A DNA stretch of 64,000 bases from a virus. The DNA is taken from IMG/VR virus record IMGVR_UViG_3300038309_000252, positions 32,001-96,000 of that record. One strand, 5' to 3'. The notes under the pieces are model-generated. The model saw only the letters and a list, made by a program, of their open reading frames with translations, was not told the DNA's origin and made no database searches. The position numbers and the translations under genes were made by a program. This document shows, in pieces, positions 20,337 through 29,730 of the stretch (position 1 is its first letter; each line of letters begins with the position of its first letter).

Positions 20337-21446
20337 ATGTGGGATGAATTTGAAAAATTTAAAAATACAGTTAAACTTGATAACAACCTTGTGTCTAATG
20401 ATTCGTTTGGTGATTTATACCAACTTTTCTTAGCTAAGAAAGGAAACAGTGTTATTGATGGAGAATACTACACTCCAAAACCCATTGTATCTATTCTTTT
20501 GAGTTTAATTAAACCAAATAAAGGTCTTCTTTTAGATCCATCATGTGGTACAGGTGGAATGTTTGTACAATGTGCGGAATTATTAAATACGTCTGATCTT
20601 ACCTTTTATGGTATTGAAAAAAATGAATTACCTGCTGAGTTAGCAAGACTTAATTTGAAAAATAATAACATGAATGGAACTATTGTTACAGCAAGTACTT
20701 ATTATAAAGATCCATTAGATATGGTTGGGAAATTTGATTTTATTCTTGCAAATCCTCCTTATAACGTTAAGGACATCGATGCAATTAAATTGCGACAAGA
20801 CACAAGACTTCCATTTGGCATGCCACCATTTTCATCAAAACAGAAAATATTAAATGGAAATTATTTGTGGTTAAGTTATTTTTATAGTTACTTGAATGAA
20901 CATGGAAAAGCAGCATGTGTAATGCCTTCCCAAACAAGTGCTGGTTCAATATTTTTTGCAGATTATAAAAAGAAATTAATTGAATCACAATCTATTGAAA
21001 TGATTATTGCTCTTAGCAGATGTTTTTTCAAATATACTTCAGTTCCATGTGAATTATGGATTATTGATAAAAACGTCAATAGACCAAATCGCGATAAAGT
21101 GTTGTTTATTAACATGGAAAATTATAAAGTAAAAAACTATTCAATAGACTATGAAAATGAAATTATGGATATAGTCAATTTCTATAGAAATAATCCGGAA
21201 TCTACAATAAACATTGCAGAAAAAGCAAAATCAATAAAAATTAGTGATTTAGGAAAAAATAATTACTGGTTAACACCAAGGTTTCATATAGATATTAAAG
21301 AGCAAGAAATTATTGGAAATGCTGATGAGAGGTTAATGGAAATTGATAATGAATTGGCATTGTTAGAAGAAGAATCAATTATTCTTAGAAAAGAATTGGA
21401 ATCCAATTTTGGAAATCATACTATTAATACTTTTGCTATTGGTTAA
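20337..21446 (+). CDS. hsdM: type I HsdM-like N6-adenine DNA methyltransferase, N-terminally shortened
   Basis: Motifs GEYYTPKPIV, LDPSCGTGGM and ILANPPYN; C-terminal helix. Confidence 0.88.
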   Translation: MWDEFEKFKNTVKLDNNLVSNDSFGDLYQLFLAKKGNSVIDGEYYTPKPIVSILLSLIKPNKGLLLDPSCGTGGMFVQCAELLNTSDLTFYGIEKNELPAELARLNLKNNNMNGTIVTASTYYKDPLDMVGKFDFILANPPYNVKDIDAIKLRQDTRLPFGMPPFSSKQKILNGNYLWLSYFYSYLNEHGKAACVMPSQTSAGSIFFADYKKKLIESQSIEMIIALSRCFFKYTSVPCELWIIDKNVNRPNRDKVLFINMENYKVKNYSIDYENEIMDIVNFYRNNPESTINIAEKAKSIKISDLGKNNYWLTPRFHIDIKEQEIIGNADERLMEIDNELALLEEESIILRKELESNFGNHTINTFAIG

Positions 21447-21448
21447 CT

Positions 21449-22102
21449 ATGAAAAAAATAACTCATGATTTCATTCAAAATAATCAAAAACAAATTGATC
21501 TTTTAGAAGAAAAAGCTAAATTAATCTATAATAAATCATTATCAAACCAAACAGAAAAATTAAATTTTGATGATGTTATTGATATCATTGAAGGACCAGG
21601 TATTGGAAGAAATCAGCATAGACAAAATGGGATTAGAATAAGTAATATTAGACTATTCAACAATGATGAATTTAATTTTAAAACAGCTAACTTTATTGAC
21701 GCATTAGAAGTTGAAAATAAATATAAAAAATATCTTCTAAAAGAAAATGATATTCTAGTAGTTGCTGCAACTACAGTATTAGGAAAATCTGTATTAGTTA
21801 GAAGTAATCATTTACCTTTGTTATTAAATGTACATCTTTATAGATTAACACCAAAAGAACCATTAAATACATGGTATCTTAAAGCATATATTACACATGG
21901 TGATTTTAAAAAGAAATTAAATTCAATAAGATCTGGATCAACATCAATATGGCAGACACAGATTGACAGCATAAAATCATTGAACATAAAGTTGCCAAAT
22001 CTAAACACATTGTGTGATATAGAAGAACAGTTTTCTGAAATATACAGTAAAAAAAAGGCATTATTAGATGAAAATCACAAAATCATGCATGCGGATTCAT
22101 AG
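21449..22102 (+). CDS. half-size HsdS-like subunit 2, paralog of 19682
   Basis: Long blocks identical to subunit 1 interspersed with variable segments. Confidence 0.75.
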   Translation: MKKITHDFIQNNQKQIDLLEEKAKLIYNKSLSNQTEKLNFDDVIDIIEGPGIGRNQHRQNGIRISNIRLFNNDEFNFKTANFIDALEVENKYKKYLLKENDILVVAATTVLGKSVLVRSNHLPLLLNVHLYRLTPKEPLNTWYLKAYITHGDFKKKLNSIRSGSTSIWQTQIDSIKSLNIKLPNLNTLCDIEEQFSEIYSKKKALLDENHKIMHADS

Positions 22103-22142
22103 AATATAACCAATTTCTCATTTTAATTCAATTATCATTTTC

Positions 22143-22150
22143 TATAAATA
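22143..22150 (+). promoter_or_regulatory. T4 late promoter
   Basis: TATAAATA consensus upstream of ORF 22275. Confidence 0.55.
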
Positions 22151-22274
22151 TAAAAATGTTAATTATGTGATAATATGATGATATGATAACATGAAAACAA
22201 AAGAATGGTTTAATCTTTTTAAGATTATCTATTATACTTAAGAACTTAAGTATAATTAAAAATAGGAAACATAT

Positions 22275-22889
22275 ATGGATATTAAAAACTATACCGGTAT
22301 TGAGCTAGCAGTTCAATACATGAATGAAAGCGTTATCCATGAAGATGCTAGTGTATCAACTAAGATTGCCCCGCCAGCAAAAGGACTAGTATTACGCAAA
22401 GTTAAAGACAAGTTCGGGCAAGTGAGTGAATATTTAATTGTCGCTGCTGCGCCAAATGCCATCAAAGAAATACCTACTCAACGTAAAACATGGAGTCCAG
22501 GCAGTGATGGTGGAAAATTACAATTGACAGTAGGTTCATCAATTCCGGCATATGAATTGCAATTGATTAAGTTCCACCAGATTCCATACAAAATTGAACG
22601 TCAACGTAATTCCATGAATGAAAACAAAAATGAAAATATAGACAAAAAAATTGTACAAGAATTACAAGATGCCTTTTTGACTATTTTAGAAGATTCTGGT
22701 CGGTTAGAATCACTTGATACAGTAGCAAGCAATGCTTCTTCAATAAGTATTTCACCAAGGCAATTAGATGTGCTTCATGCTTTGAATCTTGTATTATCAT
22801 ACTTTGCAACATCTGCTGAATATGCTCTTTGGAAAAAACACTTGGAACAAATTAAAGGTGCCTTGAAAAACGTAGATTTGTCTATTTGA
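22275..22889 (+). CDS. hypothetical protein, possibly a chimeric internal head protein
   Basis: SD AGGA; N-terminal MNE/IHE gp21-like cleavage motifs; flanked by direct repeats. Confidence 0.6.
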   Translation: MDIKNYTGIELAVQYMNESVIHEDASVSTKIAPPAKGLVLRKVKDKFGQVSEYLIVAAAPNAIKEIPTQRKTWSPGSDGGKLQLTVGSSIPAYELQLIKFHQIPYKIERQRNSMNENKNENIDKKIVQELQDAFLTILEDSGRLESLDTVASNASSISISPRQLDVLHALNLVLSYFATSAEYALWKKHLEQIKGALKNVDLSI

Positions 22890-23134
22890 TCAAGGTGGAG
22901 ATTATAAAGATTCCATACAAAATTGAACGTTAATCCACAAAATCATGCATGCGGATTCATAGAATATAACCAATTTCTTATTTTTTTAACTGCTGTGTGA
23001 ACTGGTGTTGCAATTCTTGTGTATAATGATAATTTCACTTGGTCATCTGAAGATTGATAAGAATAATCTTTTTGATTTTTATTATTAGTTGTATTCGTAA
23101 CTTTTTTCTTCATTTTTTGTCCTAGGGGTATTAA

Positions 23135-25063
23135 TTGATGAAAAATCAAAAAGGTGTGGTTCTTTTGATAATGTTAGCTTTATTATTTATAGCAACTGTA
23201 CTTGCAATTGCAATGGTTAATTCAACTATTAGTGAAATCAGAATATCAGCGCTAAGAACACAAAGAGAAGTAAGCTACTCATTAGCTGAATTAGCAGCTA
23301 ACCAAGTTATTAATAAATTAAATAATAATGATACAGATTTACCATTAACACCATTTAAATTAAATTGTAGTCAAAACAAGTGGATTGGTGGATTAGATAC
23401 ATCTGAATTTGATTGCCTTACTGAATTAATACCAATTTTAGATTATAGTGGCTATATTAAAATACATGCTGGTATGGCAGGAAATGTTAATCAATTACGT
23501 GCCAGATCAGCAGTAATTCCAATTCCTTCAGGGTTTGGTCCTATTATTGGAACACCAGGAAGATATCAATATGTATTAGTTACTAACTCTATTTTTCCAA
23601 ATACAAACAAAGAAAATATAAATTGGATTGATAGAAAAAATGGTGCTATTTGGATTAAGCAGCAAAATCAATCAAATATATTAGAAAAAGCACCATTTAA
23701 TTTAGTTAATATTCCTACACCTTTATCATTAAATAATAATCCATGGGAATCATTCAAATGGAGTGATTACAACAGATATCTTAAAAATGATGCTATCTCT
23801 GCATTAAAAGAACGTGCTGGATTAGTTGAAGGAACAGAACTTAAAGATTCTGTTAGTCAGAGATATCAAAGACTTAAAGATGCCTACCAAAATTGGGAAG
23901 ACTTAGGGAATCAATATAATGGATTAAAAACTGCTGTTTTAATAGAAGCAATTTTACTTGATGCTGGACAATCAATTATTTTATCTCCACAAATGATAGC
24001 ATCTGTTGCTGGAATAGTGAGTGGATTAGCAACATTAGGAACTACTACTTTAATAACAGCAGCAGCTACGACAGCATTATCTAATGTGGAAAATAGCATA
24101 ACAACAGCGGCATTTCAAAATATATACAATGAATTTGAATCTATTGGAAATGATTATGTCAATGCGTCAATTCGTGTAATTGAAGCAAGAAATGATATTA
24201 GACGTCCATGGATATCTCTTGATAATCTGCATGATGCAGAAAAATCTGAATCAACTTGGAAATGTGGTAAAAATGATACTGATAGAGTATTCTTGACTGA
24301 AAAAACAATGAAGGATCAACAGTTTTATGATCAAACATTTTCTAATTTAGCTATAAAAAATGTTCAATTATTATTGAATTTAATTAACCCTATTCTTATG
24401 TTATCAAAAACTGTAGGTTATGGGCAACATTTGACAAATGTGTTATCACTAATAGATGAACTTAAAAAAAATGAAAAACAAATTCTTGATATTATAAAAT
24501 CAGGAATTGATAACAAATCTACAAAAAATGAAATTGAACCTATATTTATGCTTGTCGACATAAATCCTTTGGATATAGAATCCATAAGTACAGGAGATGG
24601 ATATATTCAATCACATGTTATGTGTAATGATGATTCTGTGTTAACTTTAACATCACAAGCAAAAAGATTCAGACCATTTCAAACCAATACACCATCAAGA
24701 ATACAATATGCAACAATCATTCATTCTGGTGTTATAAAATTAGCATCTGAATCACGTTTAATTAATAATAAAGTTAATGTTGTCATTATTTCAAATGACG
24801 ATATTACTATTGCACAAGATAAATTATTACAAAAATTACAAACAGGTCAAGATGAAGGATTTATTCTTTGGACAGATAAAGATATTCAATTAAATAGACC
24901 AATTCATGGTGCAATTATTGCTGGTGGAACTTTATCTATAGATAATACATTAACAGAAATGCTAAAATATAATCCAGCATTAGATATAACTTTACTTGGG
25001 AAAGGAAAATATCCTATTGCTGGATATACTCTTGGAAGTTGGTCAGGTTTAGACTCAAACTGA
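23135..25063 (+). CDS. PilX-like type IV minor pilin N-terminus fused to a large unknown domain
   Basis: KNQKG|VVLLIMLALLFIATVLAIAMV..SEIRISA..SYSLAELA matches the PilX_N pattern (no Glu+5). Confidence 0.7.
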   Translation: MMKNQKGVVLLIMLALLFIATVLAIAMVNSTISEIRISALRTQREVSYSLAELAANQVINKLNNNDTDLPLTPFKLNCSQNKWIGGLDTSEFDCLTELIPILDYSGYIKIHAGMAGNVNQLRARSAVIPIPSGFGPIIGTPGRYQYVLVTNSIFPNTNKENINWIDRKNGAIWIKQQNQSNILEKAPFNLVNIPTPLSLNNNPWESFKWSDYNRYLKNDAISALKERAGLVEGTELKDSVSQRYQRLKDAYQNWEDLGNQYNGLKTAVLIEAILLDAGQSIILSPQMIASVAGIVSGLATLGTTTLITAAATTALSNVENSITTAAFQNIYNEFESIGNDYVNASIRVIEARNDIRRPWISLDNLHDAEKSESTWKCGKNDTDRVFLTEKTMKDQQFYDQTFSNLAIKNVQLLLNLINPILMLSKTVGYGQHLTNVLSLIDELKKNEKQILDIIKSGIDNKSTKNEIEPIFMLVDINPLDIESISTGDGYIQSHVMCNDDSVLTLTSQAKRFRPFQTNTPSRIQYATIIHSGVIKLASESRLINNKVNVVIISNDDITIAQDKLLQKLQTGQDEGFILWTDKDIQLNRPIHGAIIAGGTLSIDNTLTEMLKYNPALDITLLGKGKYPIAGYTLGSWSGLDSN

Positions 25064-25070
25064 ATCTATT

Positions 25071-25447
25071 TCATGAAGCATTAGATGTCCTAATCAATAC
25101 ATTGCAATTATCCAAAAATGAAATCACACAATCTGTAATCCATGTTGGGTGTATGGCATCTTTAATGTGGTCACGCATATATTTTTCAGGATTTTTCAAA
25201 AAGTCTTGAAGTTCATTTTCATTTGGTTCAGGTATACCTGCAGCATGCAGTGCTTCATTATATGTCATTACCATGTATTCCTGCTTAATTATACTTGGAT
25301 TAGCATCGATATCACAAGTTTGAGCATATTGCTCAAATGATCAAAAAGCGCATCGGTCACTTTTCGATTTTTCCACCTGGCGCCTAATGAGGACATGGCA
25401 CCTCGAAACGCATATTTGTCTGATATACACCAGGTTAGATTACCCAT
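25071..25447 (-). pseudogene. paralog 1 of a small-gene family, frameshifted
   Basis: ATG at 25447 gives MGNLTW..DALFDHL; homology then continues in the -1 frame (EQYAQTCDIDANPS..AAGIPEP..HPTW..GN/CNVLI). Confidence 0.6.
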
Positions 25448-25482
25448 TTCGTTATCCAATTTCTTGTCATAGACTGCGCAGT

Positions 25483-25510
25483 CATGGACCGGATTTAAAT
25501 CCGGTCCATG
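25483..25510. other. perfect 28 bp palindrome (stem-loop) between paralogs
   Basis: CATGGACCGGATTTAAATCCGGTCCATG. Confidence 0.8.
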
Positions 25511-25533
25511 GTTAAATTAATAACACATTTCCA

Positions 25534-25818
25534 TTACTCATGCAGCTGAATCAACACATTTCCATTACTCATGAACTCAATTACAAATCTAGTTGTCCAT
25601 GATGGATTACGTGCCATAAAATATTTCTCAGGATCGTCTTTCAGTGCCGCTTTGACAACTGTAGTATTTGGCGCAGGTATACCTGCCTTCTTCAAGGCAA
25701 CAGACAAATTAATTTCAGCAAACTTGCGAGCTATTTTCGATGGATCTACCTCAATAGTGGCATTGTATGATAGCGCTTGACTACTTAAATGTTGGTAAAG
25801 CGCTTCTACTGCTGCCAT
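25534..25818 (-). CDS. paralog 2 of the small-gene family; its N-terminal part appears in another frame upstream
   Basis: EALYQHL..EINLSVALKKAGIPAP..NPSW..NGNVLI; a 21 bp duplication (25522-25542 / 25553-25573) sits at its 3' end. Confidence 0.65.
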   Translation of the reverse strand: MAAVEALYQHLSSQALSYNATIEVDPSKIARKFAEINLSVALKKAGIPAPNTTVVKAALKDDPEKYFMARNPSWTTRFVIEFMSNGNVLIQLHE

Positions 25819-25909
25819 TCACCATTAGAGATTAGCTCTTCGAACTCATTAATAGTCATAGTTTGCACTACATTACCCTCTTCTTTTAACCATCCAAACC
25901 ATGATTAAA

Positions 25910-25938
25910 TTATCTCACATTCTGCATCATGTGTCAAC
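25910..25938 (-). promoter_or_regulatory. sigma70 early promoter
   Basis: TTGACA-17bp-GATAAT on the minus strand. Confidence 0.65.
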
Positions 25939-25961
25939 TATGCAGAAAATGCGCATTGGAG

Positions 25962-26294
25962 TCAATGCCCAATTACAATATTGCCGTTCCTTAAAAAACC
26001 AACTGCGGTTTCATCTACCCAGGTTGGATTATGTTCGCGAAAATATGATTCCAGATTGTTTTTTTCCACATCAGTTGTTGGTGCAGGAATCCTGGCAAGA
26101 AGTAACGCTTTTTCTAAATTGATTTCAGAAAAATCGGTTTGAAACTCTTCAGGATCAAGTTCTATATTCTCATGATACATTTTTGCGTAATCACGTAAAT
26201 ATATGTAGATCGCTTCAGCAGCTTCCCTAGACCAATGATTTTTCACATTGATGATGTGATAGAAATCATCAAAGCTGTGTACAATTTCGCCCAT
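25962..26294 (-). CDS. paralog 3 (intact) of the small-gene family, hypothetical early protein
   Basis: EAIYIYL..EINLEKALLLARIPAP..NPTW..NGNIVI; SD GAGGT. Confidence 0.8.
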   Translation of the reverse strand: MGEIVHSFDDFYHIINVKNHWSREAAEAIYIYLRDYAKMYHENIELDPEEFQTDFSEINLEKALLLARIPAPTTDVEKNNLESYFREHNPTWVDETAVGFLRNGNIVIGH

Positions 26295-26326
26295 CTCAAA
26301 TACCTCTTGCTTAACTTGATGTGATT

Positions 26327-26355
26327 ATAATAGCAAAGACAAAATGAATTGTCAA
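26327..26355 (-). promoter_or_regulatory. sigma70 early promoter
   Basis: TTGACA-17bp-TATTAT(AAT) on the minus strand. Confidence 0.65.
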
Positions 26356-26370
26356 CTGTCCACTAATCAT

Positions 26371-27531
26371 TCACTGCTTGCTTGATTCTTGCTTGTCGAG
26401 AAGATGTTTGATGGCATCAAATATTTTTTCTGTTCTATTAATTATTTTATATTGATATTTGCTGTCTAATTTGGATAATCTAGAAAAAAGTATCGACATT
26501 TCTGTTCTTATTATGTTCTCATTATCTTGCAACCATGGATTAATTTCAGTATAACCAATCAATTCTGCATTATTTTTCATAATGTTTAATTCGTTCAATG
26601 CACCATCATTATCATAATCCATGTTATCGCCATCAGAAGCATAGAAAAAGTAACATGAATAACCTTTTGGAATATATTGTTCTTGAAGAATTGAATTGGC
26701 TAATTTGAAACAACTAGATGCTGAAGTTCCACCAGTAGCAGATACTTGAAAAAATTGTTCTTCCTCAAATTGCCATGCTTCATCTGTATGCGCCAGAAAA
26801 ACTACTTCTACATTCTTGTATGTTCTTCTGATACCTTGCAGCATCCAAAAGAAAAATGACTTTGCTAAAATACGATGGGTATCTGTCATTGAACCAGATA
26901 CATCAAGACCGAATACACAGACCGCTTTCGAATCAGGTACAGGTTTTTGCCTAATTTGCCTGAACCTCAAATCTTCATTTATGATAGCTGGTTGATCGTC
27001 AGAAATAGAGCGCCTTTTAATTGCTTCTTTCAAGGTTCTTCTACGATCCAGTCGCGACCGAGCGCCTTTCTTGTCTATGCCTTCTTTTACCCATTCCTGC
27101 TCTGAAACGTTTCCTGAAGTCTTTTTGAGGTCTGGTAATTTTAATTCTTCCCATAACCAATCTACAACTTCATCCAAAGACATTTCAATGGCAAAGGATA
27201 TTTCACCTTGACCTGAACCTCCTTGACCTTGTTGTCCTTGTTGATCAGCAGGTTTTAATTTGTCTCCTGATTTAGTATCACCTTGTCCAACACCTGTTTC
27301 TTCATCTGGATTTAATAATTTAAACCGATAATGTTGCAACATTTTGATTGGCAATTGAAACTTTTGATCCTTGGAAACTGTACCATTGACAATTTCAGGT
27401 ATCCCTAAAGTAATTTGTTCTTTGATCTTTTGATTATGCCTAGACCAGTCTTTAAGACCTCGTGAAAACAAATCAAACCATTTGATATTGGTTGTATCAA
27501 AAGAACTAATCATGTTTAACCTCAAATTCAA
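26371..27531 (-). CDS. YeaH/YhbH (UPF0229) vWA-domain protein
   Basis: RH..KIKE, ELKLPDLK, RRRTLKEAIKR, EDLRFRQ, MIDAS motif DVSGSM, TGGTSASS and FYASDGDN. Confidence 0.9.
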   Translation of the reverse strand: MNLRLNMISSFDTTNIKWFDLFSRGLKDWSRHNQKIKEQITLGIPEIVNGTVSKDQKFQLPIKMLQHYRFKLLNPDEETGVGQGDTKSGDKLKPADQQGQQGQGGSGQGEISFAIEMSLDEVVDWLWEELKLPDLKKTSGNVSEQEWVKEGIDKKGARSRLDRRRTLKEAIKRRSISDDQPAIINEDLRFRQIRQKPVPDSKAVCVFGLDVSGSMTDTHRILAKSFFFWMLQGIRRTYKNVEVVFLAHTDEAWQFEEEQFFQVSATGGTSASSCFKLANSILQEQYIPKGYSCYFFYASDGDNMDYDNDGALNELNIMKNNAELIGYTEINPWLQDNENIIRTEMSILFSRLSKLDSKYQYKIINRTEKIFDAIKHLLDKQESSKQ

Positions 27532-28715
27532 TTTTTTTCAAGAAAAAATAAATATTCCGTTACATCCAATATAGAATCCATAATTTTATCCTTATACCTT
27601 TTAGTTTTATATTTTTTATAATTGATATCAATTTTTTCTAATTTTCCATATTTTTTTAATGTATCGATCATATCATTTAATTCAATTAATCCACCACTAC
27701 TATATGATAAAAGGATATATGGGGAATTAGTATCATTAATTAATTGATTAATTGATTCTAATGCTGTTTTTTTATTATTATATGATGATGAATTTGATTC
27801 TACTATAGGAGCACCAACAATATTAGTTATTTTATCTGGTCTTTTATAATCAAGAAAAAGATTAAACATAAAATATTGCTTTGAATATTTTCCAACTGTA
27901 TATGGTGGATCAAAATAGGCAAAGTCTAATTCATGAATATTTTTAATAACTGAATTAATATTATCTTTATACACTACAAATTCACTTTCAAAATTACTTA
28001 ATATCGGTAGTTCCAATATTATTGGTTTTAATATTCTATTTAAAATTGAATTATTTGCATATGTTCCACCAAATTTGCCTATACCTGTATTTTTATTTTT
28101 TAAAAATGCTGTAAAATGACCAACAGTGTTAACGTTCTTTGACATCTTATTAAATAATGGACCATACAAATATTTTTGTTTATCTTCTGGAATATCATTG
28201 ATTCCTTGTCTGAATGAGTCAAGTCTTTTGGCATTATAATTAGTAAAAAACACTCGCTCATTTGGTTGAATATCATTATCGTCTTTTGGTGCATATAGTT
28301 CTTCAATAAATCCAGGTGGATAATAATTTGTTTCAAACCTGTGATTTAATAATTCAATATATTCTAACAATTCTTTTTTATCAACTTGACTATGATTACT
28401 TAAATAACACTCTGAAATAACTGAAGCATAATTTTCTTGATCACATGTATAAATTAATTCACTATGTTTTTTCAGTAATCTAGAAATTACTCCAGAACCA
28501 GAAAACCCATCTAAAGTTTTCATTCTTTTTTTATTTAATTTTTTTGATACCTTTAATATTGCCTCTTCAATCAATGGAAGAAACTTTCTTTTATTTCCAA
28601 AATAAGCTATTAATTGTGAAGTTAAATAATCTTTATTTTCCGCAGTATTTTCTGGAAATATGTAATTATAATCCACATTGTCTATATTATTTTCAATAAT
28701 CATGATTAACTCCAA
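27528..28715 (-). CDS. adenine-specific DNA methyltransferase (D12 / FokI-M-like)
   Basis: Motifs YFGNKRK, LDGFSGSGVIS and AYFDPPY. Confidence 0.88.
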   Translation of the reverse strand: MELIMIIENNIDNVDYNYIFPENTAENKDYLTSQLIAYFGNKRKFLPLIEEAILKVSKKLNKKRMKTLDGFSGSGVISRLLKKHSELIYTCDQENYASVISECYLSNHSQVDKKELLEYIELLNHRFETNYYPPGFIEELYAPKDDNDIQPNERVFFTNYNAKRLDSFRQGINDIPEDKQKYLYGPLFNKMSKNVNTVGHFTAFLKNKNTGIGKFGGTYANNSILNRILKPIILELPILSNFESEFVVYKDNINSVIKNIHELDFAYFDPPYTVGKYSKQYFMFNLFLDYKRPDKITNIVGAPIVESNSSSYNNKKTALESINQLINDTNSPYILLSYSSGGLIELNDMIDTLKKYGKLEKIDINYKKYKTKRYKDKIMDSILDVTEYLFFLEKN

Positions 28716-28757
28716 TTGTTTGATTCATGTCCTTATTATTTTATTAGATTGTTTAAA

Positions 28758-29189
28758 TTATACGCTCGTATAATTTATCCCACAATTTGTTGAATAAATT
28801 ATACGCTTTACACCATTCTTTGTTAATGAATCAAAACAAATAGCACAAGGAAATGATAATCCTAAAGATCCTTGTCTTTTAATCCTTATACATATTGCAG
28901 TATGAATATCTTGTGTTATTTGGTTTGCCTTTATAATAGCATGTACTTCAGCATGTAAAAATATACGTGATGGAAAATGCTGCTTTGCATATAGTGCTTG
29001 AATAGGATGTGTTTTCTTACAATTATTACAAGCATATGTAATAATGTTATGTCTCTTATCAAGTAATATACAAGAATGCTTAAATTGATCAGCATCCTCA
29101 TTATTAGAAGCTAGTTCTATAGCTTTATTTATTGCCCTAGTCAACTTTTTGTTCAATTTTAACCCATAATTAAGGTGATTTCTATGCAA
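28758..29189 (-). CDS. zinc-dependent cytidine/dCMP deaminase-fold protein
   Basis: HAE and PCxxC motifs; GVKRIIYS. Confidence 0.8.
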   Translation of the reverse strand: MHRNHLNYGLKLNKKLTRAINKAIELASNNEDADQFKHSCILLDKRHNIITYACNNCKKTHPIQALYAKQHFPSRIFLHAEVHAIIKANQITQDIHTAICIRIKRQGSLGLSFPCAICFDSLTKNGVKRIIYSTNCGINYTSV

Positions 29190-29720
29190 AAATTAACTTG
29201 TCCGATTCCAGAAAATATTAATCCAATTCAAAATAGTGGTTTTAATTTCAGTATCCTTAAACTACCAGAAATACAATATTTTTGTCAAGAGGTTAATCTT
29301 CCAAGTCTATCAATATCTGCTGCTGAAGGATATGTTACACCATTAGTAAATATAATGCATCCTGGTGACAAAATCACGTTTGAAACATTAGAAGTCCAAT
29401 TCATGATTGATGAAGGATTCGTCAATTATACAGCAATATACAATTGGATTATTGGTCTAGGGTTTCCAGAATCACATAGTCAATTTGCTGATTTTATTAC
29501 CAAAAATACTTCAGGTGTTTCAAATACTCCAACATTAGCTTCTGTATCTGACGCTATGTTGCATATATTATCACCTTCTGGTAAAATAGTCAAGTCAATT
29601 AGATTTATTGATGTGTTTCCTGTTAGCTTATCATCTGTAACATTATCATCCACAACTTCTGATGTATCCTATATTGTAGGAACTTCATCATTCGCCTATA
29701 CATATTATAAGTTTGAATGA
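29184..29720 (+). CDS. g3: tail completion / tube terminator gp3-like
   Basis: NFSILKLPEIQYFCQEVNLP and FMIDE.F.NY..IYNW; directly before uvsY. ATG start at 29184. Confidence 0.85.
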   Translation: MQKLTCPIPENINPIQNSGFNFSILKLPEIQYFCQEVNLPSLSISAAEGYVTPLVNIMHPGDKITFETLEVQFMIDEGFVNYTAIYNWIIGLGFPESHSQFADFITKNTSGVSNTPTLASVSDAMLHILSPSGKIVKSIRFIDVFPVSLSSVTLSSTTSDVSYIVGTSSFAYTYYKFE

Positions 29721-29730
29721 GGATTAGTTT

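Larger units (their letters stand above)
22076..22978 (+). repeat. nested direct repeats: 43 bp (22076-22118 / 22936-22978) and 23 bp (22579-22601 / 22908-22930)
   Basis: CACAAAATCATGCATGCGGATTCATAGAATATAACCAATTTCT occurs twice, as does AGATTCCATACAAAATTGAACGT. Confidence 0.9.

Noticed and set aside
25330-25350. Programmed -1 frameshift in paralog 1
   Set aside because: Slippage at the CTTTTT run leads straight into TGA, and there is no canonical slippery heptamer at the required point.
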